Source of the DNA: Chrysomallon squamiferum
Lineage: Eukaryota; Animalia; Mollusca
NCBI GenBank assembly: GCA_012295275.1
Contig: CM022666.1
Coordinates: 9,982,001 to 10,046,000, forward strand
Length of the DNA stretch: 64,000 nt
Direction: 5' to 3'
Every line of letters begins with the position of its first letter. Position 1 is the stretch's first letter. Below the pieces are notes generated by a model, which worked only from the letters and a program-made list of their open reading frames with translations, did not search any database and had not been told where the DNA came from. The translations under genes and the position numbers were made by a program. Positions 1 to 14,189 of this stretch are shown here, in pieces.

Positions 1-94
1 TGGTATTATTAATTTACACTTCCACATATGGTCTATGATAATGAATTGTAACCATAGTAATATAATTTGGTATGATACATGACAATTCACTGAT

Positions 95-285
95 AGTGTT
101 ACCATGGCACTAAAAGCTAGAAGTTACAGTATAATCCATTGTTAGTGTTACCATGGCACCACAAGTTAATAGTTTTATTTGTACTGATAATCTATTGTTA
201 GTGTTACCATGGCACTACAAGTTAATAGTTTCAAGTGTAATTCATTGTTAGTGTTACCATGGCCCTAAAAGCTAGAAGTTACATG
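95..285. repeat. Intronic ~50-bp degenerate tandem repeat
   Basis: The core gtgttaccatggc recurs at ~97, 146, 201 and 251. Confidence 0.7.
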
Positions 286-302
286 TTGAAGCCAGTGCTT
301 AC

Positions 303-655
303 CAACAAATGCATAAACAACGGCGGAGGCAGCCATTACCATGCTGGCCAGAGCTGTGGTCACTTCAAAGTACTGTTTGAATGCCTCCATGAAGATGCCC
401 ATACTCTTAGAAAGTCCAACCATGAGAAAAACATTGCAAAATTGACCTGAAAACACCAAGATTTACATAACATACATTCTGTTCTGATTTACATCACAGC
501 ACAAGTTCATTAGAGATTTGTAAAGTAATAACATGGTTTTTGAAATTTAACAACATGTAATACAAAAATATTGTAACAGTTTATCACTTACCAGCAACAA
601 TGACCCAGGCCCATCCACGGTCAATGGGGATTTTGTTCTTATTGTTCTCACCCAT
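303..655 (-). CDS. Monocarboxylate transporter (SLC16/MCT family, MFS), 5' coding exons 655-592 and 446-303; gene continues off the left edge
   Basis: The spliced translation MGENNKNKIPIDRGWAWVIVAG|QFCNVFLMVGLSKSMGIFMEAFKQYFEVTTALASMVMAASAVVYAFVG carries the SLC16 N-terminal D-x-G-W-x-W motif followed by TM1-2. GT-AG introns have consistent phase 1 (64 and 144 nt coding). The exon acceptor is at ~701. Confidence 0.88.
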
Positions 656-1635
656 GTTGTTCTAGGTAGAAATGTTCTCTACAGTGTTCCTGTCAGGTAT
701 CTGTATAATAAAACAGTATTTCACTCATAAACTTCTATATGTACACATAAAAAATAAAATAAAATAACATAAAATAAATTACCAATTAATGAATATATAA
801 CAGAAATAAAATTTCTTGTTATTTTTCAGTGACATAATCATCTATTTATATTTGATTATTATTTATATTTCTCTCCGATGACAGGAAACTGAATGTTTAA
901 CAGAATAAATAAAAAGATAATCTTACACGATTTTCAGACAGTCTATGTAATGATGTGAGTCCAGTCATTATGATTATATGAAAATCTCTCATATTACAAA
1001 CATCAATTAATATCTGTAAATGAATTACACTGAATGATTCAGTGAATCACCTCAAACATGATTTTTTTATACCGTATTTGGTAGAACTTTTTTTTATAAG
1101 GCTATACAGACAACGTTATTCAAAAATATTGGGCAAAGTTTTCAAACGTCATATAATGAAGAACATTTAAATTCTTCGCTCATACTAACAATATTATTAT
1201 TATGAATATATAAATACAGGTAACGTTTATTTTCATGAAGATTCAGTGATTCAAAAGTTATAATGCACTGTCATTGCCGTTCATTTGCGATGGAAGGGGC
1301 ATTTGATTATATTTTGTATTACTGATGATAATTGTATTTGTCCTGCATGCAATTAGACCTGCACTGGTCTTTTCGACAAAGAAAGCATGTGTAAAACACT
1401 GTAATGCCTCGCCGGATCGGGGTGAACGTACGCCCGATCATGTTTTATTACTTTGCGAAGTAAAACAGCATAATAATATTAAGATTATTAAAAGTCAGAT
1501 GTCAGATTTCAGAATATTTAATATAAAAATCAATTCTAAAATTATATCAATCGATTCAGTCATTATGGCTATGAGTATTAGTGTGCCTGTCTCCTACCAA
1601 ACACCTCAACCATCCATATAATGATATATAATTAC

Positions 1636-1960
1636 CGCACGGTCCCGGAAAAATAAACAGTTAAAAACTCAAGACCGAAAGGATCGCTTATAGTAATAAA
1701 TTCGTGTCACAACATCACAGCAAAGTGTGATTTTGTGAATCTTTTGTCGAAAACTACTGAAGTAAAGCCGTCAGTGCTAGCCATCCGTATCCACATGCAC
1801 CTTACGATATTTACCATTTCTGATATTCCTTGTGATTTCCGCCATTTTCACCAAAGCATTCGATAAAAGATAAAATTAGTGCATACACGTAGAATTTTTT
1901 TCAGTGTGTATATGAGTGTGCGGACGGCGGCCTTCGTCACTAACTTACATAAATGGTTGA
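1636..1960 (-). promoter_or_regulatory. Probable promoter/first non-coding exon of the SLC16 gene
   Basis: Locally CpG-richer stretch with a YY1-like CCGCCATTTT at ~1839 and a minus-strand donor GCG|GTAATT at ~1636. Confidence 0.35.
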
Positions 1961-2765
1961 TAACGGGACCAGATTAGACAGGGCTGGTACCACATTGTAA
2001 GGGGAATCTAAACAAAAGCATACCCCCCCCCAAAAAAAAACCCCACATCCACCAAAACCGACTAACAACCAAACAAAAAAACACCCCATCAAATAAAACC
2101 ACTGACCAAACTGGCATAATAAGTATTGAATTATAACTTATTTATTTCCACAGTAAAATAATTTATTATTATGATTATTATTATTTTCTTTATTATACAG
2201 ATAGATATGAGGAATATTGACTTTACTAACTGTAATACATCATGAAAACATCAATTTTAAATGTAAAGATAACAAAACAAAATGACTTTTTCTAGATTTA
2301 GAATAAGGAAACCCTTTGGTTACCATGGAAACAGACATTTGATACAGAAGTCCATGTCTGATGGTTATTTCAGTGAGATTGCTCAGTCTTTTTTGACCCA
2401 TGCACACAATCCTGATATCATGTTCACTAATTCTGGCTAACATTAACAACACCAACAGCAGCAGCACATATCTAAAAACTTATAACATATGACACATGTA
2501 TTTTTAGAAACTCTTCAATGGAAATAGCAAGAACAGTTTTATAAGTTGTCAATGGTAGACAAAACACAGTTTACAGTTTTAAAAGTTTTTACTAAATTAA
2601 AATAAACAGTTTGGCTACATTTCAAAAATATTTTTGATGATCATAAAATTTTCACTTCTCAAGTCATTTTTAATTAGTAAAATGTACATATTTATCTGTT
2701 TATTCAACTACAAAAATCAAAATCAAGACAAATAATACAGATAATAATTAACAAAGTTCATGTTT

Positions 2766-2786
2766 GACACTCACACACACACTCTT

Positions 2787-2824
<38 letters not shown>

Positions 2825-2861
2825 ATACACACTCATACTTCATACACACACACACACACAC
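2766..2861. repeat. (CA)n microsatellite
   Basis: Direct reading. Confidence 0.9.
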
Positions 2862-3212
2862 AAAATGTGTTTATATCTATGCAAAACTCACAAAATCTTC
2901 TCTGACCATTTTGTTTTAAATTTTTCAAGTAGTTTAAGAACATTGGTTTTTTTTACATTTTCATCAACAGTAGGTTAGAAATGAGATCACTTTTCACACC
3001 TTATTAAAACATCATAAGGTGTACAGGCACTGCAAGTTTGATATTTCTCCTGCATCCTGAAGTAACTTTGCACCACTGATTATATATATATATATATATA
3101 TATTTGGATTCAGGATGTTCACTGGTCTGCCACTTTATGATGTTATTTTAAACACTGTGATACTGATGTGGAGTCTGTAAAACATTGGAATAAATTCTGT
3201 GACATTTCTAGG

Positions 3213-5856
3213 TCATCTGACGTTTTGGGTAAATTTGAGAACTGACAAAAATTCTAGACCTGACTGTCTGCTGTTAATTACCTCCATTTTTAAACCTTGT
3301 TTTGTCAATATAGCTTCAATGTCATCTGTGAAAAACACATCAGTATATATTATTATATACAAAGTTTATTACATAGAATGTATTATTAGATATTATTATA
3401 CACAATGTATTATATATTGTTACATACAATGTATTATATATTATTATACACAATATTTTATTAAATGTTGTTGTACACTGTATATGATTATTAAATATTA
3501 TTATACACAATGTATTATTACATATTATACACAATTTATTATCAGACATTATATATAAAGTATCATTTGATAATATACCAACATCTATTACTAATAATAA
3601 TCATATTCTTTTCTTCTTGTTTTTTGTGTTGTTTTTAATCTAAACAAAGACTGGGCAAATCTATGTCAGTGTTTTTATTATTTATAATTTTACAGTGTTT
3701 TATTTTTATTTTTTTCTCTTATTTTTTTCATCAGTGATGATTTAGTTTTAAAAATCAATTTTCTAACTTTACCTTGATCATTTTCTTTAATAATGACCAA
3801 GTAGAAAACTCCAGTGGGAGATAATAATTTTGATACCACTGGAAAGAGCCGATCCATGACTTGTCTCCCCCTCACTCCTCCAGCCCAGGATGCCGTAATA
3901 TCTTGATTTCCTACCTTGAAAAAACAGACAATGAATAAGTAAATTAAAATTAATAATAATAAAATAAGTAAAAAAAAAAAAAAAAAAAAAAAAAATATAC
4001 GTGTTAGTGTTTGTGTGTGTGTGCATAATAAATGCATAAAAATAAATAAATAAAATCAGAAAAAAGTACTTAAAACAGCACCCATTAACTTAAAATATTC
4101 TAAATATCTGAAATTAAGAAAAGGTCATTCATTAAAAAAATATAACAATAAAAATAAATATTGATAATAATAACTATTTAGCAATAACAACAAATTATGA
4201 AAAAGGAGGAACTAAAAATTAATAAATTTTCCAGTTGTGGCATATATATTTATCTTAAAATTAGCAAATATTTTATTTAATAATAGACTTAAAAATCTAA
4301 AAGGTAAATTTTCAAATTCAGAAATTCAAACTGAAATTAGAAAATATATGTCTAGAAAGCGTTAACATTCTACCCTGGGACCATATCTTTATTTTTACTA
4401 AAAAAAAATGGTAAAGGAAAATAACCTCATCATTTGGTGTAACAACATAAGGTGGGTTGAAAATGAGGACATCTACACAATGCTTCAGTCTTGTCTCCAG
4501 GCAACTAACCTGCAGAAGAAAGTAACAAAAATAACACTCTATTTGTACATCTTTCAAATGGTATTTTCTTTTCAGACTGAATTTTTTTATTCTGACAGAT
4601 AAATATTTCTGCACAAAAGTGAAAAAGAAAAAAAGAAAAGAAAATTGTTAATTTTATTTAAAAATAAAACTAGAGATAATTTAAAATGCTTGATGCCTCA
4701 CAAAAATTTATTACACTGAACAATATAACTTCATTTTCTGAACCAAGACTACAGATTATTTTAATCTAAATCGTTGGAAAACCTCCCGTTATAAAAAAAT
4801 ATAAACAGTAATGAATTTTATACTGTATATGAGAAAAAACAGAGTTACAAACTCTGTAAGAAAAAATAAAATTTGATACTAACTAGATCTGTTAAGATCG
4901 GCTGAATACAAACACCATTTCTTCTTGCAGTTTCCATAGCAACATCAGTAGCACATTTATTAATATCAGTACCTCTGTAAAATAAATACTAAAGTATATT
5001 TTTGTGGTGTTAAGCATTCATTTATGTTACATTAATTGAATTAAATTTATTAATTTTACTATATTATACATATTATTTTTACACATTAAATCATTAATTC
5101 AATAATTTTAACTATTCAGGTTTCATTTCATTGATTAATGTTCATATTTGCATGTTTGTCAATGTGTGTAACCACAGACAAATGTATATATTTGTGTGTT
5201 TATGTTAATATACGATAAACTGTAAACGTTTATTTAAACTTGCAGTTATTTAGGAATATGTTTTAAATATACTAACAAATAAAATGAAGACGGTCCCAAA
5301 ATTCGAGCCAGAAATGAGATACAAACAGCTGATCCACATCCTACTTCTAAACAAATAGTTGGCCTGAAAACATAAAATTAAATAAACTAAATAAATAAAT
5401 AAATAAAGTAAATAAAAAAAAAAGAATTATTAATAAAAATACTTATATTTTTCTCGAGTTCAGATGACAAATAAAAGCTAAAATTACAATTAAACTTTTA
5501 TTTAACATTTCATCAAGAGGAATATATATTCCTTCTTAAGGTGTCAACTAACAGGTTATTTCTAAACTTTAATTTTTAATACAACACCTCATTTCTGTTT
5601 TAAAATTAATTAAATTAACAACTTAGTTAACAGAATATTAATATACTTAATAATAGCCAAATACAAAATGTACCACTTATAATTAATTTAATAATTTCTG
5701 GTTGACATAACGAACATACTTCAGTTGTTTAAGAAATTTGTACTGCTGTTGTAGAGCATCAAGAACAAGAAAAGAATCTTCTGCAGGTTCGTATACATGT
5801 TCATAGTCGTTCTGTGTCAGGTGAGAAAGTACAGGAGTGGAAAAATCGACATCCAT
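3213..5856 (-). CDS. N6AMT1: HemK-family methyltransferase N6AMT1/HEMK2/KMT9alpha, 217 aa; exons 5856-5720, 5363-5277, 4974-4884, 4509-4426, 3914-3773, 3325-3213
   Basis: Spliced [92 protein letters not shown]. All introns are GT-AG with consistent phases, total 654 nt. The NPPY and YEPAEDSF motifs are diagnostic. Confidence 0.96.
3345..3555. repeat. ~24-27-bp AT-rich intronic minisatellite
   Basis: Repeated tattatacacaatgtattat units. Confidence 0.7.
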
Positions 5857-7197
5857 TGTTAACGATCTAGTGTAAGTAAAATAAAAATAATTTTTATTGT
5901 AATTTTTATTAAGTGTGCTTTGCCCTCTGTTATCAGTATTTTAAAATTATAGCATGAAAATGATACTCTGCCGTCAATACAATTACAAGAGACATCAGAC
6001 AGAGGTTAAAAGTGACTTTCATTTCATATTTTTATTATTTATAAATACATTCATCGATGTAATTAAGATTAACGGTCTGTCTCTATTAAATTGAATACTT
6101 AAAAAAAATAATTAATGTGCTCATAATTTCTCAAGAAAAATGTTAAAACACACTATGATTCTAAAACACTGTAATGACCGTTTCTGCTGTTAATTCCAAT
6201 TAACAGTTTTATTTATAACCTCTCTCAGAGTTATCGTCTCTTGTTCCGTTATACATTTCTCCATTGCTTTTGAGAGATCCACAGCTGGAAGTCACAGAGC
6301 TCTCTTTTCAACAGTGAACTACATTTTCGAAACTATTATATAAACCACTTATAACGGTAAAAGCATGGACTTGAAAATTAATAATAACAATAACAACAAC
6401 AACAATATAACAGTTCTTTTAGCCAATAAATTAGGAAATGAACCGCATAATTTTTTATTTACTAGATTTCATCTCTTATGATGTTTTTTTTTTTATGATC
6501 AAAGCGTATGGAGTATGATTAATTTACTATATCAACCCAAGTCCGTCTTACACTTATTTTAAATGTTCTATAGTTAAAAATAATAATAATAATAAAATAT
6601 ATGTATATATTTTTAAAATGCCGGTTCATGCGCGAAAAGAATAAAATTCTGAATTTATAATAACATTGTCGATCGAAGTTTTATATTTTTATTTTATTTC
6701 AGATTATATATTATAAAGCACTTACTAATAATGTGAAGTAAGAAAATATTACATAAATTGCAAACTGATTATTCATTGACAGTTAAGTTGCAATGTGTGT
6801 TGGGTTTTGTTCCAAATTTAGATGATTAGAATGGCTAAAAAAGAGGTGGAGTAGTTGTTTGATACATTGCTATTTGATATGCTTTTAGCATCTGATACAT
6901 TATTATCATTTGTTACGTTTTTTTTGTGTGGTTTCGAATATTACTATTTAATTATAGAAAAATAAAATTGTATTTTTTTATTTATTATTAAAGAATATAT
7001 GAAATGAATTTATACTATGCATAACTGCTTTGGAAACCGCAGGTAATGGTGAATCCAAAACATCTTTTCTTTTTTTTTTTTTTTATTTCTTTTTTTTTTT
7101 GTCTTTCTTGTTGTGGCTGGTCTGAACTCTGGATCAGAATGTTGAATTTTTCTCTGATCAGGAACAAAAAAAAAAAAAAAAAAAAAAGAAAATTATT

Positions 7198-7432
7198 ATC
7201 ATCATCGGCAGTTATTTGAAAAATTTGTTTTAGTTCATCTTAACAGTTTTGGTCTGAATACACAAAGAATAGAATGAAATAATCACAGGAATTATCCTTT
7301 TTGTATTTTAATCATCATCATCATCATCATCATCGGTTATTTGACATTTTTGTTTTAGTTTATCTGTAACAGTTTTGGTCTGAATACACAGAACAGAATG
7401 GAATAATCATAGGAATTATCCTTTTGTATTTT
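7198..7432. repeat. ~125-bp tandem duplication in the 3' flank of the SDR gene
   Basis: aacagttttggtctgaatacaca..ggaattatccttttgtattt occurs twice. Confidence 0.75.
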
Positions 7433-7452
7433 CACGTCGTAACGTACGACAG

Positions 7453-7636
7453 CTACTGTGCTGTGTTGCCGCCGTCGATGACGACAGCGGATCCCGTCAT
7501 GTTGACCGCCGACTGAGAACACAAGAAAAGAACAAGATCGGCTATCTGCAAACAAACAAACAAGTATCACAAATTTAATAAATTTTATAAATACATTTGA
7601 TAAAAACACTATATAAAATTAATTTCTCAAACCTGC

Positions 7637-7673
<37 letters not shown>

Positions 7674-8316
7674 CCACAGTTACAACACATACACAAAACA
7701 ACAAACCAACATCTACGTAATACAAATTATATGAAAACTATGTAAAACAAATTTTTATCAGAACTGTGTTATACAAAACTACATATTTTCTCTAAACACA
7801 ATTTACATAACATATATTTTCTTAAAACACTGTATAACATAATTATAAATAATTACCAAAATCCACTGTATAAAAACTGACCAGTACTATTTGCTTTCTA
7901 AACATTTTCTATAATGCAATATTTTTCTAAATAATACATATAACTTTATTTTAATTTTATTTTTAATTAATTTTTTATTATTATTATTATTAAATTAAAT
8001 TAATTAATTAATTTATTTATTTATTTTGTTTGTAACTAAAATTTTCATACAACTAGATTTTACCTCTGATATTTGAATGGCTTTCTTGGTTGGATTAGGA
8101 TCTGTAAAACGTTTCTGTAAATTAATAATAATAATAATAATAATAATTACAAGAAATGTGTTTACAACACAAACATTTTACTATAACATTACGTAATCAC
8201 AAAATTAAAATATATTTTACATACTGTCATTATTTGTATTAATATAATAAAAGAATTTAAAAAGGACCTTCTCTTAAAAAAAAGAAGAAAAGAATTAGAT
8301 AAATAAACAAATAATA

Positions 8317-8347
<31 letters not shown>

Positions 8348-9551
8348 TAAAATAGAATAAAATAAAATAAACAATAACAAGAGGAAGAAGAAAAATCATA
8401 ATCATAATCATGAAACATGCCAAAATCAAATAAAAATATAAAAATAATGGGACGTCCAATTAGAAAAAGACAACTGTGAACGTAAACGATGCAAATATAA
8501 TAATAAATATTTTTCTGTTAACATGTACATTAGTAACCACTAATATTTTGCTGATATCTGTTTTTATCTACCATCGCCTCTTCGTAACTAATACCCAGAC
8601 TTCTCGCTTTATCTTCTGCTTGTCTTATTGCCACTGTAATAAAACATCATTATAATGATCTATAACACTAAATATGTAATCATCTATAATATCAAATATG
8701 TAATCATCTGTAATATTAAATATGTTATCATCTATACTACTAAATATATAATCATCTATAATATTAAATATGTAATCATCTATAATACTAAACATGTAAT
8801 CATCTCAATACAACAATTAAGTATCTGTGTATTAGTAATAAATCAGACTAGACTACTAGATTACAAAGATTAGATAATTATAATGTAACTGGTGACAGTA
8901 TACTTACTGGGTGCATCTACATACCCAGGGCAAATGGCATTCACTGTGACACCATACTGACCGCATTCTAGCGCCACACCCTGAAAGTGTAATATATCAA
9001 ATATGCTATATAATATTTAACATATATCCTATATATTACATAAAATGTATATCATATCCTGTATAACATAGCACTCAAACTATTGGCTCAGTTTTATTTG
9101 ATATAAACCCTCCAAAAAACTCAGAGGTATTATAAAATAAACAAAACATGTTCTGAATATTAAAAGAAATGATTATGATGATGATGATGAAGATTATAAA
9201 TACATACATAAATAAATAATAATGATGACGATGATGATGATGATGATAATAATAATAATCGGTTAGACAGGAATATAAGACTGACCTTTGTTAATCCGAC
9301 AAGAGCAGCTTTAGCCGCGGAATAAGGCGCTTTACCCACAGCGCTGATCATGGCCATCTGTGACGACATATTGACGATTCTACCCCAGCCTACAAACGTC
9401 AACAGATTTTATAAATATATAGTTTTATAATCGTATTCTGAAGAGCAAATCTGTTGATCCCTGATCGCATGATCTGTGCAGAAACAGCTAGTCTGTTATA
9501 AAATGGCAATAAACAAGATAAGTATGTCCTTGTGTTATTTTTAACAATTTG

Positions 9552-9637
<86 letters not shown>

Positions 9638-10853
9638 AATGGAAGAAGTTGATTTTAAAATGATTGGCAGATATCATATACTGCTCCTATTTTTACCTTT
9701 CACTTTCATTTTAGGGAGAAAATGCTTGATGAGCATGAAGGGCGCGGTCACTGTCACCATCATCATCTCATTCCATTTTTCTAGTGGATATTTGTCAATA
9801 GGACACACGTACTGAACCCCTTAAAACAGAAATTCATTACACTTTATTTCATTTATTTTTTTAAACACATTATTTAATAATCACACTGGGATGAAAGCTA
9901 GTTTGACTAAAATTATTATTGTTGTTATCGTCGTCGTTGTTGTCGCTGATGTTGATGAAAAAACAAGTAAAATTAATAGCAAATAACGATACTACTAGTA
10001 CTACTGCCACCACCATTGCCATTACCATCACATTACAAGTACTTCTACTACTACTACTATTCCTGCTTCTACAACAACTACTGTTCTTATTATCATCGTT
10101 AATATAACGACTACTACTATCATAACAACTAACACAACCATTACTATTTCTTTTACTACTATTACTGCTGCTACTGCCACTACTACTATTACTACTGCTA
10201 CCCCGAGTTCTACTACCTCCACCATAACGATTGCTACGATTATAACGACTATTGTTACTACTAATGACAATAACCGACCTGCATTGTTCACAAGGATATC
10301 GACGCCATCTGGATATATGGTGAGCACGTGATTACAAAATTCAATTATAGATGAAGTATCGGTAAGATTTGCAGGAACAAAATCAACACGCCCTCTGAAT
10401 TTTCTGAAATTAGAAAGAAACTCGAAAAATAAACACAGATCTACAATGAATGTTAGTTCTGGCGTACACTTCAGTCCTGTGATTCACTTGGTGACGACAT
10501 TTCACATGGTTCTGGTAATAAATAATCATTATGGTTCATTTATCAATACAATACCGACATGTTTTCTTTTGTACTTACTAATGCTGTTTTGTATTTGTTT
10601 TTACTAATACGCTGGTGTATTGTTTTTCTATTTACTGATACGTTTTTACTGAACTGTAATTGTACATAATTATATGTTGTATACTGTTTTATATTTACAC
10701 TTACTGACGAAAATTATGTACTATGGATTCAGTCTCTGTTGTTTCTCCAAGTCCCGTCAGAACAACATTGCAGCCTTTCTCAGCAAGCAGATTGGCTACC
10801 CCCAAACCAATCCCTGACGTTGATCCCGTCACTATTGCTGTTTTGCCTTCCAT
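7453..10853 (-). CDS. Classical SDR resembling bacterial-type D-3-hydroxybutyrate dehydrogenase, 259 aa; exons 10853-10705, 10403-10279, 9819-9697, 9389-9286, 8980-8908, 8633-8572, 8114-8064, 7545-7453
   Basis: Spliced ORF (780 nt, consistent phases): MEGKTAIVTGSTSGIGLG..DILVNNAGVQYVCPIDKYPLEKW..KGWGRIVNMSS..GKAPYSAAKAALVGLTKGVALE..VNAICPGYVDAP..MTGSAVVIDGGNTAQ*. It has the TGxxxGxG, NNAG and YxxxK motifs. GSTSGIG, NNAGxQ, GWGRI and GGxTAQ are typical of the HBDH subfamily. Confidence 0.92.
8650..8808. repeat. 24-bp intronic minisatellite
   Basis: aatcatctataatattaaatatgt about 6 times. Confidence 0.85.
9557..9634. repeat. (GA)n microsatellite
   Basis: Direct reading. Confidence 0.95.
9985..10268. 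repeat. Degenerate (ACT/ACC/ATT)n low-complexity tract
   Basis: Triplet simple sequence inside an SDR intron. Confidence 0.8.
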
Positions 10854-10916
10854 TGTATCTTTAAATAATAATAACTACAACAACAACAACAACAACAACA
10901 ATAATATTAATACTAA

Positions 10917-10947
<31 letters not shown>

Positions 10948-11307
10948 ATTGCAGTAGTAATCGTAGTCGCAGAAGTGGCAGTGGCAATTTTAGTAGTAGC
11001 AGTAGAGATAAACCTAGCACCGGGGCTGCACGTATTAAAATTTATGTCCAGAGCCTAAATAAAAGAAACAATGGACAAATCTGACTAACAGTTTCTTTTA
11101 CAAAATTTAAGCGCAAAGTTTTAAAGACGAACAGTACAGTATGACAGTCACTTTCTCTTTAGAGTTTATTTCATCATCATCAACACAAGTTGTCTAAGAA
11201 CAGATTAAAAGAAACCACGCGAAGAAAGACGATTCAACACGTAACACGTTTACTGCACTGAATATTTCTGTCACAAGTACAGCTGTTTGTCTGTGATATG
11301 CTTTTAC

Positions 11308-11310
<3 letters not shown>

Positions 11311-11381
<71 letters not shown>
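11311..11381. repeat. (CT)n microsatellite
   Basis: Direct reading. Confidence 0.95.
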
Positions 11382-11383
<2 letters not shown>

Positions 11384-12166
11384 GTGTATGTGCATGTAAT
11401 TATAAGCGTTTCAATGTAACCAGAAGGAAGAAATGTGAATTATGACAGGTTGTCATTGTCAAGAAACACATGGATAGACTTAATCCTGTTATACATTATA
11501 ATTACTCTAAGAAGAATCATGCAGCTGATTTTATACATATTATAATTTTCTATATTCTGTTATAAAACACCAAATAAATAAATACATTTAAAAAATGCTA
11601 AATACTTATTCATTTATTTCATTTAATTATTCTAATCTGAATAAATCAATTATATATATAAAATACACTGCCGATATGTAATCCAAAGCAAATCGGAAAA
11701 CTTCGTTAATGTTCGGTACTTATTTCGACAAGCGAAATGTTCCGAGTTCTTTGACCCAGATTTCATAATATTAAGCTACAGTGATTGATACTTAAACATT
11801 TTGTAGTTATCAGATTAAAATAAAAGTACTTATTTAAAGGAAACAGAGTCCACAATTTCACTGTGAATGAAAATGAAAATGTAAACAATAATTTAGTAAC
11901 ATACCACCTGGTTATTGTTCTTAAGTAAGAGTAGATAACTCTTTCAGACTTAGCTGAATGTTTTGATGGTTTGTGTTAACAGTGGTAGAAATACGGGTGG
12001 CTGCTGAGAGGAAGATAATGATAGGACTAGGTACAGTCTGCACAAATTTTACTTTTTTCAAACGATATGTCTAATTCGTTATGTATATCTAACAAGTAAC
12101 ATATTTGTTTTTATTATTGATATTATTTTTATTAATTTATTTAAAAAAATAAAAAATATAAATAAA

Positions 12167-12227
<61 letters not shown>

Positions 12228-12264
12228 ATTATATTTTATTTTATGTAATAATTAAACATCACAT

Positions 12265-12462
12265 TTTTCTGAGTTTTTGTTTTTACTATGAACAAGAAGT
12301 AACAACTGCAGTTTTTGTGTTTACTAAGAACAAGAAGAACCAATTTGAGTTTTTGTTTTTACTATGAAGAAGTAACAATTTGAGTTTTTGTTTTACTATG
12401 AACAAGAAGTAACAGTTTGAGTTTTTGTTTTTACTATGAACAAGAAGTAACAATTTGAATTT
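12265..12462. repeat. ~37-bp minisatellite, preceded by (TAA)n at ~12170-12222
   Basis: gagtttttgtttttactatgaacaagaagtaacaattt about 5 times. Confidence 0.85.
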
Positions 12463-13792
12463 TTTTTTTATTATCTATTCAAAAACAAAAAAAAAATAAA
12501 AAAAATAACTAAAAGTATTGATTTTTTATTTATTTATTGGTTTTAATTATTTTACTTCATTTATCTATTGATTTTTTTTTTCTACAAGCAAGATTATGGC
12601 TAGGACTACGACGGTAAGGGTAAAGATCAGAATTATTTCCAGGTTAGCGTTAGGTTAGATTTAGCTCCAGCATTTTTAGTATCTATTTACCTGGACAGAC
12701 TTTTCATATAACATTTGGAAATTTATGTCATTAGTGTTAGGATAAATTTAAAAATATCTTTTATTTCAATAAATTATGTTGTGTGAATGCTCTGTATATA
12801 TGAGTCAATACAGATATAAGTCATTGCGTTGAGAAATTATTTCCCTGCAATCCTTTCTCTCTGAAGAAGCAAAGAAACAAAGAAAAAAATTCTTTGATGA
12901 TTCTTAGGTTATTATCATAAAAGAAATGCACTTTTTGAATATGTACTATTTGTAGTACACTGTTTTACAGAAAAGTTTTTAGTAGCGGAGTCTTTCTTTA
13001 TCTTTTTTCACCACTCAGTGGACAAATTAAGCACAGTGTATATATTTAATTGTTGTACTGGAACAAAGGAAGAAAAAGAGGGAGATAAACATTTGTTGTA
13101 CCTGTGTCTATTTTAGCACTGACTTCCATTCAAATCTGTGTTCAAGTTATGTTAAGTTTATATATATATCCATTCTCTCTCACCCGGTATCACTATCCAC
13201 CCCTAACCCTCTCCGTCACACCCTTCCATGACCTCCGCTCTGGGAAATTGGGTGGGAGGTGACGGAACAGCAAAGAACCTGTCAGATACTGTCAATCCAG
13301 TACAGTAAAAACTTGAGTTCACCACTTGTTCTCCATTCCCTCAAACGCTCCCCTCCTAATACTCACCATCAATAAAGAGGTTAGGGTGGGTTGTGACGGT
13401 ATGGCATAGCAGAAAACTGCATTGTCCATCCTTGTCCCGTCCTGTCCACTACAACCCGGTGCTGACTGGTCACTTCTTGTCCTAACCGCTCAAATCCTGT
13501 CCAGTCTTGTCCAGTCCTGTTAGTCCACACCATCAAGTTTTTTCCAGTCCAGTCAAATTTGGTTCGGTCCAGCATAGAAAGGTAAATTCAATCCTTTGTT
13601 GTCCCATCATGTTCCGCCCCTTCGCGCTCCTACCCCCTTTCCTTTCCCCAACCCATGCCCTTCCCGTACTTTTTCGCTCCTCTCATCACATATTTCCCAC
13701 CCCATCAACATAGACTCACAAAGCATGAACATTATTAACTGTATTTTAAATCCACACAAATCCATCAGCCTGAAACTATTCTCGTAAATAAA

Positions 13793-13839
<47 letters not shown>

Positions 13840-14189
13840 TAAAATTGCTGATAACACTACATAAGTAACAGCTAGTAATTGGTGTTGGTTAGGATAGAAA
13901 AACGGTTAAGCCTTTAATTTTGTTGTCAGTAACAAATTGGTTACCAACGAAAATGTAAAACCGGCCACTGTTCTCAATAGTTGTATCCATACACGATGAT
14001 GCGTCATCTTCTTTTCAGACAAATCAGAAGTACAAGTTGCCGATTTTATTCATAAAAACTAACCAATTACTTAACCTCAGTTTTCGGTTAAAATACGGCC
14101 ATATTAAACTTTACGGAATAAGCCGAAATGGTTTTCATAAAACACCGGGTACTGTCAGTCTTGTCTTATATAATTTAGTTATGTTTTGC

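Noticed and set aside
2130-2471. Extra coding exon of N6AMT1 (acceptor at ~2472)
   Set aside because: N6AMT1 already terminates properly at 3213. At most this is a UTR exon, which cannot be supported without transcripts.
9549-10327. Low-complexity ORFs in the supplied track (poly-ER, poly-V/I/L, poly-HT and similar)
   Set aside because: They are translations of intronic microsatellites. Only short parts overlap real exons.
12610-13390. Telomere-like ttaggg/ccctaa words
   Set aside because: Only isolated degenerate copies, with no array.
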